A stretch of DNA of 64,000 nucleotides from Spirochaetia bacterium (GTDB taxonomy: Bacteria > Spirochaetota > Spirochaetia > SP-2023): positions 1,920,001 to 1,984,000 of the forward strand of contig CBDDCK010000005.1 in NCBI GenBank assembly GCA_965225855.1, in the 5' to 3' direction. This document shows, in pieces, positions 11,401-21,017 of the stretch. The notes below the pieces were generated by a model. The model saw only the letters and a program-made list of their open reading frames with translations, did not search any database and was not told the DNA's origin. Position 1 is the stretch's first letter. Every line of letters begins with the position of its first letter. The position numbers and the translations under genes were made by a program.

Positions 11401-11877
11401 CTACCCGCAGGTTTTATGGCGGTGCTAGGTTTTATGGGACTAATTGGTGTTGTCGTCAATGATAGCGTAGTAATGGTGGAGTTTATCAATAATATTGTTC
11501 GCCGCTATCCGCGTACAAAATCTAAATTGCTGGAACCAATGGTTCTTAAAGGAGCTGGTCGGCGTTTGCGTGCGGTTGTTTTAACTACATTGACTACGGT
11601 TTTAGGTTTGTTTCCAACTATTTATGGTCTGGGTGGAGACCCTGGTTTTGTGAGGCCGGTCGTTTTGGTATTGGGTTATGGGCTTTTAGCTGCGACTCTA
11701 ATTACTCTGTTTTTTATCCCTGCTGTGTATATGATGCAGTTAGATTTAGCTTATTTGGCCGACAGATTGAGGAATAAATTGGTGTCTCTCTTCAAATCGA
11801 AAAAGAAAGCCGAAAATTTGTTATCTTATCCACAAGATATTGACAATTATGATCTGCCTCCCGACCCTTGGGTTTAG
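8494..11877 (+). CDS. RND efflux transporter permease (AcrB family)
   Basis: 1127 aa; YPGASP..VE, GMLVDHGIV, TTIMAFLP, GVVVNDSVV, RRLRAVVLTTLTT. Confidence 0.95.
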   Translation: MSKTIHKQAEFHSKDGFIGYIITLFYNKRLLSTIITISIVMIGVLFARGIQREAMPNVQSNTFRVTISYPGASPIQVEQDAVIPVEDVIKEIADIKSYTSSSSQGYGTIYINMSEDASDPDAVGDEIYRKINLNSISGISSDIDSITVKRFGTSDQEIYGIVLFAEEGIDELLFQQTANSLAIQIENLPGVGEVRKDGYHEQQIEINVSPRLLARNHVDINSVVNAIKKRNVRSSAGILEDPDNYKAIVTISEYENLEELRNTVIRAGFDRNQILLRDVARVNKVFPEPTSYQRANAKPAIVLYINKTSASDIVKTTQTVKAFLEKNAENFLPQGITWFEFFDEGDEVNKVSRVLITNGVIGFLLILLVLFLFLDFTTAFWTACGLPITMILTLAYMGRTGLSINYLTLTAMITMIGMLVDHGIVISETIFARRAKGFSPLRACIEGLRSVFWPVLVTVSTTIMAFLPMLMVGGMMGKFTRFFPIMVTIMLSFSFFEACFLLVSHLLHAKSNDESPRRLRKEERNLVKGRLPQDTWFSPTIHVYQCMLRFVIRFRWLSLIFFASFLVGGVFYSLPAIKNFVLFDNADSPIIAINYFPHQDTTLEQGRDDSLELEQRIKDITPEGQIKGMTNKVYRDSRGTVKGQMYLRMVSKEDRVLDYATYGKLLSANLLPYGERSRKQLIEMAKKEEVQSNPYQLSNTELERIPVLFENVRLGWEGGGGPGGKAISFRIYGKNNEELRLAGEESVTLLENMAGTMNIESSYDTPTEQIRVSINYQQMARFGIQLSDVNQTLRTAFQGTTASQNRSGDKTSYIVRLEKSYRKSIRTILSLTVQASTGQFIPLSRFARLTTEFTTPSIQHFNGNRTITLTGDLDPNTEGITSLLISNQFKKQFAAIREKYPSVTLETSGGEAEQTNNFVGDIVPAFAVALLLISLILILLFDSFIQPMIVMGSIPFGLVGGLIALQLHGLPAGFMAVLGFMGLIGVVVNDSVVMVEFINNIVRRYPRTKSKLLEPMVLKGAGRRLRAVVLTTLTTVLGLFPTIYGLGGDPGFVRPVVLVLGYGLLAATLITLFFIPAVYMMQLDLAYLADRLRNKLVSLFKSKKKAENLLSYPQDIDNYDLPPDPWV

Positions 11878-11943
11878 ACTTTTGGGCTTAGTTTACAGTT
11901 TAGTTTGGCTTTGCTGCTGCATGCCTTTACTACTGTTGCATAT

Positions 11944-12200
11944 TTGTTTGGCATCTGTACCATCAATTATTGTATCGCCTAGAAAATAAGCCTTGCCTTA
12001 GCCTTGTTTCTGGTTTTAATATTTGCAGCATTTGGGCTCATGCATGGCATTTATTTTGTCCTCTGTAAGCTAACGATGAGTTACTTTAGTAAATACTTCT
12101 AGGCGTTTCGTTTCTCTTTAGTTTTCTTGGGATAACTCTAATTTAGTCTGCTCACTTATATCGTCTCCATAGCAGATCAATAATGAAAAGCCACAATAGC
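11944..12200. repeat. Module A, dispersed ~250-bp repeat (second copy ~53248-53500)
   Basis: Near-identical sequence tttgtttggcatctgtacc...ctccatagcagat at both loci. Confidence 0.9.
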
Positions 12201-12326
12201 CCCCACCCCCAAGCACCACCCCACCGTCCCCACCCAATAACTGCCCCAGCCCCAACCAACAATCCAAAGCAACAAACCGAAATAGCCATACAAACGCAAT
12301 TGGGCAATTGGTTTGCCGATGCCAAT

Positions 12327-12487
12327 CTACAAGTCATCGCCTGTCTTGCTGCAATATAGCTTTCCGCCTTGGTATAAAGTATTGTTCCCACTTGGATCAA
12401 GGTCTTGTTCCACATTGGTGCAATATAACTTTCCAACTTGGTGCAATACATCTTTCCGCATTGGAGTAAGGTATTGATCGAAGGCGG
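12327..12487 (+). repeat. Module D, array of seven degenerate 23-bp units
   Basis: Units such as tgcaatatagctttccgccttgg, tataaagtattgttcccacttgg and atcaaggtcttgttccacattgg in exact 23-bp register. Confidence 0.9.
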
Positions 12488-12520
12488 AGAGATGTATCAT
12501 AGCAAGGCACTAAAAACCAT

Positions 12521-12691
12521 AAAAATAAGCAGGCCATAGACTTGCTAAAACCCAACAACATCGTAGAAAGCCAAAACTGGGACGACCTCAAATAGGGGCA
12601 GTATGCCGATGCTTTGACCTTAGCCCACAGCGTCAATGCTGGCATTTTAGACGACTTGCACAATATCTGGCTATATATTGCGGGCCTATGA
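12521..12691 (+). pseudogene. Module E, phage Mu gpF-like (head morphogenesis) N-terminal remnant
   Basis: Reads KNKQAIDLLKPNNIVESQNWDDLK*GQYADALTLAHSVNAGILDDLHNI; resembles the MuF N-terminal AIDF..W.D....AFTVA pattern (from memory); internal TAG at 12593. Confidence 0.55.
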
Positions 12692-12785
12692 CCCCAACTG
12701 GGATATATTGATACCACCCAATGGTTGGCATGGTTGGGTTGGCACGGTTGGCATGGTTGGCGTTGCGCCTGCTATCGCATACCCT

Positions 12786-12975
12786 CAAGCCTTTTGATTG
12801 GCATGGATTTTGAACCACCTTACAACACTAACACACAAAAAAAGTGCCCAAACATAAAAAAACTTACAAAAAGCTTGTATAGGCCTTGACGCAACACCCC
12901 CCCTAGCAAAATGGGGATTTACAGACTAGCCCGTATGGGTTGGTTAATCTTTATCCATTGTTGGAGGTATTGCTT
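12786..12975 (+). promoter_or_regulatory. Shared lipoprotein promoter/leader (module F) with C7 tract
   Basis: Phased A-tracts, TTGACG 12886-12891, C7 12897-12903, CAAAAT, RBS GGAGG; core conserved upstream of all five LP genes. Confidence 0.7.
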
Positions 12976-15444
12976 ATGTATAAGCTCAAACTACTTTTAT
13001 TGCCAGTAGCCTGGCTACTGGCCTTTATGGCCTTGGCCTGCGCCCCACCCGATGACGATGATCGATCTTCTGGGCCATCTTCTGGGCCGTCTATCAATAA
13101 TGCCATCTACGACTTTGCTACGGCTCTGTTAACCGTACAAGGTACTGACTTAAGTCCTACAGAAGCCCAAATCCAAACCATCGTAGTAGATGGCATAGCT
13201 TTAGATTCCTATACTGCAGATGACCCAGCCACTGGGCCAGATAGTAACGGTCTTGCAAAAGGTAAGTACCGTATTAAAAGCGATGGCACAGCGATTTGGC
13301 TTAGACTTACCGATCGACATAAAGCTGTTCTTGAGGCCAAGGTGGGTAGCAATGGTAGAAAAGATGGGTTGCTTAGCGTTGGCTCTGGTGCTTGGGCGGG
13401 TTTAAATACACCTAAAGACTTGGACGTTAGTAATATACCCGAAAATAAGCAGTCTAAAGTATCCGATGACAATCAGCCATCTAAGCAAGCTGAAGAAGAC
13501 GAACAAGACGAACAAGCTGAAGAAGAGTCGCCTAAGCAAACTGAAGTCGAACAAGCTGAAGAAGTCGAACAAGCTGAAGATAAGCAGTCGCATGAACTAC
13601 CCGAAGCTGCAATTACCCGTGCAACCTACCATGTTGGCACGGCGCTGTTAACCTTGCAAGGTACTCACTTAAGTGCTACAACTGCGACCCAAGCCCAAAT
13701 CCAAACCATTACGGTAGATGGCTTAGCCTTAAGTTCCTATACTGCAGATGGCACAGCCACTGGGCCAGATAGTCGTGGTCTTGCAAAAGGTAAATACCGC
13801 ATTGCAAACGCTGGCACAGCGCTTTGGCTTTACCTTACCGATCAACATAAAACTACTCTGAATGGCAAGACAGGTATGGATAGCAATGGTCTAAGAGAAG
13901 GGTTGCTTAGCGTTGGCACTGGTACTTGGGCGGGTTTAGATACAGCCAAAGACTTGGCCGTTAGTGGAAACCCCGAAGCTACAATTACCGGTGCAAGCTA
14001 CAATGTTGGCACGGCTCTGCTAACTGTACAAGGTACTCACTTAGGTAGTGCGACCCAAGCCCAAATCCAAACCATCACGGTAGATGGCTTAGCCTTAAGT
14101 TCCTATACTGCAGATGGCACAGCCACTGGGCCAGATAGTCGCAGTCTTGCAAAAGGTAAGTACCGCCTGCATAGCGCTGGCACAGCGCTTTGGCTGAAAC
14201 TTACCGATCGACATAAAACTACTCTGAATGGCAAGACAGGTATGGATAGCAATGGTCTAAAAGATGGGTTGCTTAGCGTTGGCACTGGTGCTTGGGCGGG
14301 TTTAAATACAGCCAAAGCCTTGGCCGTTAGTGGAAACCCTGCAATTACCAGTGCAAGCTACCATGTTGGCACGGCGCTGCTAACTGTACAAGGTACTCAC
14401 TTAGGTAGTGCGACCCAAGCCCAAATCCAAACTATCACGGTAGATGGCTTAGCCTTAAGTTCCTATACTGCAGATGGCACAGCTACTGGGCCAGATAGTC
14501 GTGGTCTTGCAAAAGGTAAGTACCGTATGAAAAGCGATGGCACAGCGCTTTGGCTTTACCTTACCGATACCGATAAAGATGCTCTGAATGGCAAAACAGG
14601 TATGGATAGCAATGGTCTAAAAGATGGGTTACTTAGCGTTGGCACTGGTGCTTGGGCGGGTTTAAATACAGCCAAAGACTTAACCGTTAGTGGAAACCCC
14701 GCACCCGCAATTACCAGTGCAACCTACAATGCTGCTACAGGTAAATTAGTGATTACAGGCACTAATTTACCAAAAGCAGTTACAGGCTGGGACTTCACCA
14801 AATTGAGGCTTGTCGCAGGTAATGGTCGTAATAGTCAACCATTATTATGGCACAGACCAACCGGTATAAACAGAGCCACAGGTTCTGCAGCAAGTGCAAC
14901 AAGCTTAACGATTACTTTAAAGGGTAGTGAACACAGTAAAGCCAATAGTATATTGGTTAAGAATGGTGAAAGTGATGATGCTGGTGCATACAACCTGGAA
15001 GCAGCAGCAGGATTTGCAGGTGGTAGCGCAGAAGACACAAGCAATAACCCGATTACTGTCAGTGGCTACAAAAGCTATCTCCACAGCTTAAACTACTTTG
15101 CTAATAATGGCAAGTTATTGATTCAGGGTAAAAATTTACCGACAACAATTGCAGACTGGGACTTTAGCAAATTGACGCTTGTATCCGGTGATGGTAGTAA
15201 GGAATACACATTACCCCAGCACGCAACCGCAGATGCAAATACAGCCACAGGTTCTGATGCAAATATAGGCGGCGTAATAATTACTTTAAGCGGTACTGTA
15301 AAAGCCAAAGCCGAGAAGATACTGGTTAAGAATGGTGAAAGTGATGATGCTGGTGCATACAACCTTAAAGCAGCAGCAGGATTTGTAATTGGTAGTCCAG
15401 AAGACCCAACCACTTCAATTAGAGTTTTTGGTGTTAGTGAGTAG
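12976..15444 (+). CDS. Repeat-domain surface lipoprotein LP1 (X-stalk-X-X-X-Y-Y)
   Basis: RBS GGAGG then MYKLKLLLLPVAWLLAFMALA-C lipobox; four X and two Y beta-rich ~120-aa repeats. Confidence 0.88.
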   Translation: MYKLKLLLLPVAWLLAFMALACAPPDDDDRSSGPSSGPSINNAIYDFATALLTVQGTDLSPTEAQIQTIVVDGIALDSYTADDPATGPDSNGLAKGKYRIKSDGTAIWLRLTDRHKAVLEAKVGSNGRKDGLLSVGSGAWAGLNTPKDLDVSNIPENKQSKVSDDNQPSKQAEEDEQDEQAEEESPKQTEVEQAEEVEQAEDKQSHELPEAAITRATYHVGTALLTLQGTHLSATTATQAQIQTITVDGLALSSYTADGTATGPDSRGLAKGKYRIANAGTALWLYLTDQHKTTLNGKTGMDSNGLREGLLSVGTGTWAGLDTAKDLAVSGNPEATITGASYNVGTALLTVQGTHLGSATQAQIQTITVDGLALSSYTADGTATGPDSRSLAKGKYRLHSAGTALWLKLTDRHKTTLNGKTGMDSNGLKDGLLSVGTGAWAGLNTAKALAVSGNPAITSASYHVGTALLTVQGTHLGSATQAQIQTITVDGLALSSYTADGTATGPDSRGLAKGKYRMKSDGTALWLYLTDTDKDALNGKTGMDSNGLKDGLLSVGTGAWAGLNTAKDLTVSGNPAPAITSATYNAATGKLVITGTNLPKAVTGWDFTKLRLVAGNGRNSQPLLWHRPTGINRATGSAASATSLTITLKGSEHSKANSILVKNGESDDAGAYNLEAAAGFAGGSAEDTSNNPITVSGYKSYLHSLNYFANNGKLLIQGKNLPTTIADWDFSKLTLVSGDGSKEYTLPQHATADANTATGSDANIGGVIITLSGTVKAKAEKILVKNGESDDAGAYNLKAAAGFVIGSPEDPTTSIRVFGVSE

Positions 15445-15513
15445 GGTTTGGTTATTGCGGTAAGCAATGCTCTTGGTTGGCTTATTGTTCGCTCTTAGAG
15501 AATAGGCTTAGTC

Positions 15514-15558
15514 GGCAAGCAAGGTTTGGGCTTTAGACCAAGCTTTGCTTGCCTTTTT
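15514..15558 (+). terminator. Intrinsic terminator after LP1 (module G)
   Basis: Stem ggcaagcaaggtttgg...ccaagctttgcttgcc followed by TTTTT. Confidence 0.7.
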
Positions 15559-15634
15559 GGTGGCACTATGGCTAGTATTCCACTAGCAAGCGGGTTGGTG
15601 GATTTTTGGGTTTGGTAAATATTAGCACTTATGG

Positions 15635-16645
15635 TTACTGAAATTTGCCAAACCATTGTGCATCTATAGGAAGTAATTTTTGTCCTATTAAAGACATGTC
15701 TCCTTCCATAGGGCCTAAAGCAATTACATTGAGTGCACCTGCTTTGGCTGCCATATAGGCTGCCTGTTCCAACGGTAGACCATCGGCTACTGCCCCGACA
15801 AAAGCCGCATCAAAGCTATCTCCAGCCCCTGTGGGGTCAAGCACTGGAAATCTTTCGCCAATTGGATACGGCGGTATATGCAAAGGTTCTTTTTCTCTGC
15901 TATAAATAGTAGAACCATAAGCACCTTTTTTTAGATGTATAATCCGCAACCTTGGGTAGTTTTCAAACAGTGCTTGCACAGCAGCTTCAATTTGCGTCAC
16001 CGCCCTGACTTCTGGTATAGGGTGATCTGCTGCCAAAAGCAATTCAATCTCACTAGGAAGTAGAATAGTACAGTGCTGCATTACTACCCCTGCCAATTCT
16101 TCAAAACTGCGCCCTTGGAGCAGTTCTGGCCTAAGATTGGGGTCAAAACTAATTGCACAAGGATTTTGCTCGGAGCAACCAAAATGCTGTACGGCTTGCT
16201 TGATTGCCGAGCACATAATATCACTAACCATTAGAGAACAACCCATGACGTGAAAGATATCTGGTTGTCGAAGCACTGCCCATTGGCCCGATCGCAATGG
16301 CAAATCATCTGCTGCCGTGCCGGCTATATGGTAAATAAACTCACGATTGCCATCTTCATCGTAAGCTACAAAAGCTACGGCACTGGGCTTAGTGCTTTGC
16401 CAAATTTGGCTGCAGTCCACTCCGTCTTGCTTTAGCCTCTGTAATATGTTCTGCCCAAACTTGTCAAAACTAACCCCAGCTATAATTAGGCTTTGGTGGC
16501 CTAGCCTAGCGGCCGTACTGATAAATATACCGGGTGCTCCGCTAGCAAATGGGCCGATAAACTCATTTTTTTGCCCCAAAGGCATACCAGCCTTAGGACG
16601 CATAATCTCGACTAAAAGCTCTCCCAATGTATAAATTACTGCCAT
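15635..16645 (-). CDS. PfkB-family sugar kinase (tagatose-kinase-like)
   Basis: GELLVEIM, GPFASGAPGIF, SFDPNLR, DPTGAGDSF. Confidence 0.88.
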   Translation of the reverse strand: MAVIYTLGELLVEIMRPKAGMPLGQKNEFIGPFASGAPGIFISTAARLGHQSLIIAGVSFDKFGQNILQRLKQDGVDCSQIWQSTKPSAVAFVAYDEDGNREFIYHIAGTAADDLPLRSGQWAVLRQPDIFHVMGCSLMVSDIMCSAIKQAVQHFGCSEQNPCAISFDPNLRPELLQGRSFEELAGVVMQHCTILLPSEIELLLAADHPIPEVRAVTQIEAAVQALFENYPRLRIIHLKKGAYGSTIYSREKEPLHIPPYPIGERFPVLDPTGAGDSFDAAFVGAVADGLPLEQAAYMAAKAGALNVIALGPMEGDMSLIGQKLLPIDAQWFGKFQ

Positions 16646-16672
16646 AAGACGTTCCTAATGATTTTCTATATT

Positions 16673-17638
16673 TTACGTTCGGCTCAATATTCCGATTTTA
16701 CGTTTGTTTTGTGCATCAATATACACCGCAATAATGATAATAACCCCCTTAACAATCAATTGGTAAAAGTAAGGTATCTTTAGCAAGTTCATACCATTAT
16801 TAATAATGCCAATGATAAAGGCTCCTATAAAAGTTCCAATAATTGAACCATAGCCCCCAGATAGGCTTGTACCACCCAATACAGCTGAGGCGATGGCATC
16901 TAGTTCAGAACCTTGGGCGACATTGGGCTGTGCAGAATAAAGACGAGAGGCCAATAGAATACCACTCAGGCTACACATCAAGCCAGAGATACCATAGACA
17001 ATTACCTCAACCCTGGGGATATGGATTCCGACATACCGTGCGGCCTCACGGTTGCCGCCAATAATCTTTGCTTGCCGGCCAAACTTGCTCTTTTCTAAAA
17101 TAATATGAGTAGCCACGAGCGATATTACAACAATATAAATGGAAACGGGCACCAAGAATATCCGATTATTGCCCAAAAATAGGGCAAGCTCATTTTCTAT
17201 AGATACGGGTTTGGAGTCGGTAATAGCATACGTTATACCTCGGAAAATCCCCATAGTAGCCAAAGAGACAATAAAAGCGGGTATCTTGAGCCTAGAAATC
17301 AACAGGCCATTCAGCAGCCCCATCAAAATACCACCGACAAAGGCAGCAGCAAGTGCTAATGTAAATTGATGAGTATAATGCAGCATAACGGCAAAAATAA
17401 TGCTGACAAACGCAATGATAGAACCGATAGATAAGTCAATACCAGCTATCATCAATACAAAGGTCATACCAAAGCCCGTCAAGGCGATAATCGCTGTCTG
17501 GTTTAGAATATTCAAAATATTATTCGGGGTAAAGAAGTACCTGCTCGCCAATGAAAAAGCTATGATTAGGAGTAGCAGAGATAAGAATATTCCCTGTAAT
17601 GAATGGCTTTTGTGAGCGAAAAAACGCATAGATTGCAT
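16673..17638 (-). CDS. Sugar ABC transporter permease (RbsC-like)
   Basis: GIDLSIGS, IPAFIVSL, ELDAIASAVLGGTSLSGG. Confidence 0.95.
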   Translation of the reverse strand: MQSMRFFAHKSHSLQGIFLSLLLLIIAFSLASRYFFTPNNILNILNQTAIIALTGFGMTFVLMIAGIDLSIGSIIAFVSIIFAVMLHYTHQFTLALAAAFVGGILMGLLNGLLISRLKIPAFIVSLATMGIFRGITYAITDSKPVSIENELALFLGNNRIFLVPVSIYIVVISLVATHIILEKSKFGRQAKIIGGNREAARYVGIHIPRVEVIVYGISGLMCSLSGILLASRLYSAQPNVAQGSELDAIASAVLGGTSLSGGYGSIIGTFIGAFIIGIINNGMNLLKIPYFYQLIVKGVIIIIAVYIDAQNKRKIGILSRT

Positions 17639-17644
17639 AGATTA

Positions 17645-19151
17645 TTATTTCCCCCAAAACAACTTTTGCATAATATCCTTTTCTTCAATCTGTGAAGCAT
17701 CTTCGTAGCAATGCATGATACGCCGATCTTTAATTAGCAGAATGCGATGGGATAACTGGAGAATTTCTGGTAACTCCGATGAAATTAAGAGCACGGCAAC
17801 ACCATTTTGTGCAAGCTCATAAATAATTTTATAAATTTCCCTCTTGGCATTGATGTCAATACCGCGAGTTGGTTCGTCCAGAATTACAATCTGCGGCGCA
17901 TTCGCAAACCATTTTGCCAACACAAGCTTCTGCTGGTTGCCTCCACTTATAATTGTTAGTAATTTGCTCTAAACTACTGATCTTAATGCGCAATTGTTGG
18001 ACCTTTTCTGTGTTCAAGCACCTCTCTGAAGCTTCTGAAATAAAACCTCCCATAAACCGCAGACCTCTGCAAATGATCTTGTCTAAAGCCGCCATCGAGA
18101 TATTGCTCTTGATACTGTGGCTAATCACCAAGCCTTCTTTTTGGCGATTCTCACTGACAAAGGCCATGTTGCGTTTCATCGCATCGGCTGGCTGGCGGAT
18201 TTGCACAGGTTGCCCATCTATCTCCAATTGCCCCTCTTGTGCTGGCAGCAAGCCAAAAATTCCTTTGGCGATCTCTGTACGGCCAGCCCCAATCAAACCA
18301 TATAGCCCTAAAACCTCCCCTTTATATAGGTCAAATGAAATATTCTTATAATATTGGCTAGAAATATTTCGGCAGGATAAAGCGATTTCCCTCTCCTTTG
18401 GGCTCTGCTTGGGAGGAAATATATCTTTGATAGTGCGGCCAATCATCATAGTTATTAGCTCTCCCTCCGAGCTATCTTCTGTGGATACCGTACCAACAAA
18501 ACAACCGTCTTTTAACACCGTAACTTCATCGCAAATTTGAAATATTTCCTCCATCTTATGGGAGATATAGATAAAAGTAGTTCCCTCTCTTTTTAAGTTC
18601 CTAATAATTTCAAACAGAATATTACTTTCCTTCTTATCTAAAGAGGAAGTCGGCTCATCAAAAATAACGATCTTCGGCTTGCGCCAAATAACTTTGATGA
18701 TTTCTATCATTTGTTTTTCGGCAAGTGAAAGATTGGCTACCAAAGCCCCCACATCTATTCCTATGCCTAAGCTTTGTAGGTAATCCCGAGATTCTCGCTC
18801 CATTCTCTTGTCATCAATCAACCGAAGCGAGCTTTTAAGCTCTTGCATAATGAATAGGTTTTGGGCGACACTGAGGTTGTTCAGTAGGCTCAACTCTTGA
18901 TATACGATAGAAATACCTAGTCTTTCGGCATCGCAAACTCTCTGAATATCTGCTAATTGTCCCCCGATATATATTGCCCCCGAATCCGCTTGTAAAGACC
19001 CAGAGATAATCTTCATCAATGTAGACTTGCCAGCACCATTCTCTCCTAAGAGCCCGTGTACTGTGCCCTTCTGGATACGAAAACTGACATCTTGTAATGC
19101 CTTTACACCGGGAAATTCTTTATTGAGCCGTTGAATTTCTATATAGGACAT
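17645..19151 (-). pseudogene. Sugar ABC ATP-binding protein (RbsA-like), frameshifted
   Basis: GENGAGKST Walker A; +1 frameshift at ~17948-17951 in the second signature (AAT TAT A AGT GGA GGC AAC CAG CAG); continues as [21 protein letters not shown] in ORF 17645-17923. Confidence 0.85.
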
Positions 19152-19239
19152 AATATGGCAAACCCAGCAGAATATTTGATCAATAATTATACATCACTTA
19201 TCCACAATAATCTATCGCATATAGCTCCAAGACAATCGA

Positions 19240-20250
19240 TTATCGCAATTGGATTCCAAAATCTTTCTCTTGTAAATTCAAAGGAATATCTCCTATTTGA
19301 TAAGCGTACAAGGTAGGTACAATTTTGCTCTCCTTGGGAATGCGGCCGCCATTTTTTAACTCGATAGCCAGCTCAATCGCTTGGCTGCCCATTTGCATAG
19401 GCTCTTGCTTGACTACCGCCATAAAGGCATTGTCTTGGTCGACAAAGCCAATCGCTTCAGCCAAACCGTCAAAGCCAATCACAACCATATCTCTTCCTTG
19501 TTCTCGCACCACATTGGTCGCGGCTATAGCCATATCATCACCAAAGCCAAAAATCCCAGCTAGGTCTTTATTGGCCGTAAACATATCTTCGGCTGTGGCC
19601 TTTGCAGCCTCTCTAGTTCTGGCGGGCAACTCCGATACAATCTGCAAATCGGGGTAATTCTTGGCTTGTTCCTTAAAGCCATCAATCCGGTCTCGCACCG
19701 ACTGTACCTCGGGATAGGTCATTAAGGCAACTTTGCCCCGGCCCTGTAAGTATTGGGCCATCGCCTCTGCGGCAATCTTGCCGCCGGTGTAATTATCGGT
19801 GGCAATATGGGCATCAACTTCTACCCCTTCCGCTTTTATATCTACCGTAATTACGGGAATAGACGCCGCCTTGGCCTTTAGCACTGCTCCCTTCACTCCC
19901 TTAGAATCTACAGGCGTTAAGATGATAATATCGACTTGTTGTGTGATAAAATCCTCTACATGTGATATTTGCTTGCTTAGGTCTTGATCGGCAATATTTA
20001 TAATCAAGTCGACTCCTTTCTCTTCCGCCTTCGCTTTCATAGAGCTCTGTATTGCTTGGTAAAATGGATGGGCCTCCGTGAGCAAAGAAGCCCCAATTTT
20101 TAGTTTTGCATCCTTTACAGCTCCCCTAGCCGATAAATTGAAGGGGCACATAATTAATGCTGCCATTATCGATAGTATTACCGCAATGAGAGCTTGATGC
20201 CCCCTCAGATATAAAAATAATTTGTGCTTATTCATAAGCAACACCTCCAT
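19240..20250 (-). CDS. Sugar ABC transporter substrate-binding protein (RbsB-like)
   Basis: Signal region; IGASLLTEAHPFY, IATDNY.GG, VIGFDG. Confidence 0.92.
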   Translation of the reverse strand: MEVLLMNKHKLFLYLRGHQALIAVILSIMAALIMCPFNLSARGAVKDAKLKIGASLLTEAHPFYQAIQSSMKAKAEEKGVDLIINIADQDLSKQISHVEDFITQQVDIIILTPVDSKGVKGAVLKAKAASIPVITVDIKAEGVEVDAHIATDNYTGGKIAAEAMAQYLQGRGKVALMTYPEVQSVRDRIDGFKEQAKNYPDLQIVSELPARTREAAKATAEDMFTANKDLAGIFGFGDDMAIAATNVVREQGRDMVVIGFDGLAEAIGFVDQDNAFMAVVKQEPMQMGSQAIELAIELKNGGRIPKESKIVPTLYAYQIGDIPLNLQEKDFGIQLR

Positions 20251-20527
20251 AAAATAGATAATAAAAGTTCACAAACCCATACAGTCTGTAGCATTACGCT
20301 CTACTATACGAGAGGAAGAAAAAGTGACAAGAGGCATACAATATTTTTTGCACTTTTTTTAGGGCAGTTGCTAGAGTTTTATAAAATAACTATTAACAAA
20401 CACACAAAAAGTAGAAATACAATAGTCTTGTCCGATTTATTGCAATCGAATGGTGAATTTATACAGATTTTGTCTAGTTTCTGCTTTGCTTAGGCTTGGC
20501 CAAAGTTGTTTGGGAGAAGAGCCCCGA

Positions 20528-20935
20528 CTAAATAGTGATAAGAAACCCGACTAAATACCCAGAAGAGCCGCAACTAAATAGGGATAAGAAACCCGGCTAA
20601 ATACCCAGAAGAGCCGCAGCTAAATAGTGATAAGAAACCCGACTAAATACCCATAAGAGCCGCAACTAAATAGTGATAAGAAACCCGACTAAATACCCAG
20701 AAGAGCCGCAACTAAACAGGGATAAGAAACCCGACTAAATACCCAGAAGAGCCGCAACTAAACAGGGATAAGAAACCCGACTAAATACCCAGAAGAGCCC
20801 CGACTAAACAGGGATAAGAAACCCGACTAAATACCCAGAAGAGCCGCAACTAAATAGTGATAAGAAACCCGACTAAATACCCAGAAGAGCCGCAACTAAA
20901 TAGTGATAAGAAACCCGACTAAATACCCAGAAGCC
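20528..20935 (+). repeat. Module B tandem array, 9 x 46 bp (alternating 23-bp A/B units)
   Basis: ctaaatagtgataagaaacccga alternating with ctaaatacccagaagagccgcaa; CTAAA recurs every 23 bp from 20528 to 20919 (18 units). Confidence 0.97.
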
Positions 20936-21017
20936 CATATAGCCCAAGCTAAAGTACCCTAACACAAAAAAAGTGCCAAAAACATAAAAAAAGTTTGTAA
21001 AAAGCCCTATATGGGTC

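Noticed and set aside
12327..12487. CRISPR-like or TIGR-like guide array in module D
   Set aside because: Variable parts come from a few related alleles reused across loci rather than unique spacers, and no effector gene is adjacent.
12397..12818. Minus-strand ORFs in modules D/E (also 27498-28012 and 40637-40966)
   Set aside because: Frames and ends differ between copies and they run through 23-bp repeats; most likely shadow ORFs.
12940..12975. Longer N-termini for LP genes given by the ORF track
   Set aside because: A GGAGG RBS precedes the internal ATG (MYK..), which gives a canonical lipoprotein signal in all five copies.
15061..15444. Diversity-generating retroelement variable region in LP C-termini
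   Set aside because: Some columns fit AAC/AAT mutagenesis, but silent-site adenines (tta, aca, gca) are invariant, internal domains vary too, and no reverse transcriptase or template repeat is in the window. A remote DGR is not formally excluded.
20528..20935. CRISPR array
   Set aside because: Both alternating units repeat almost identically, so there are no unique spacers; no cas genes in the window.
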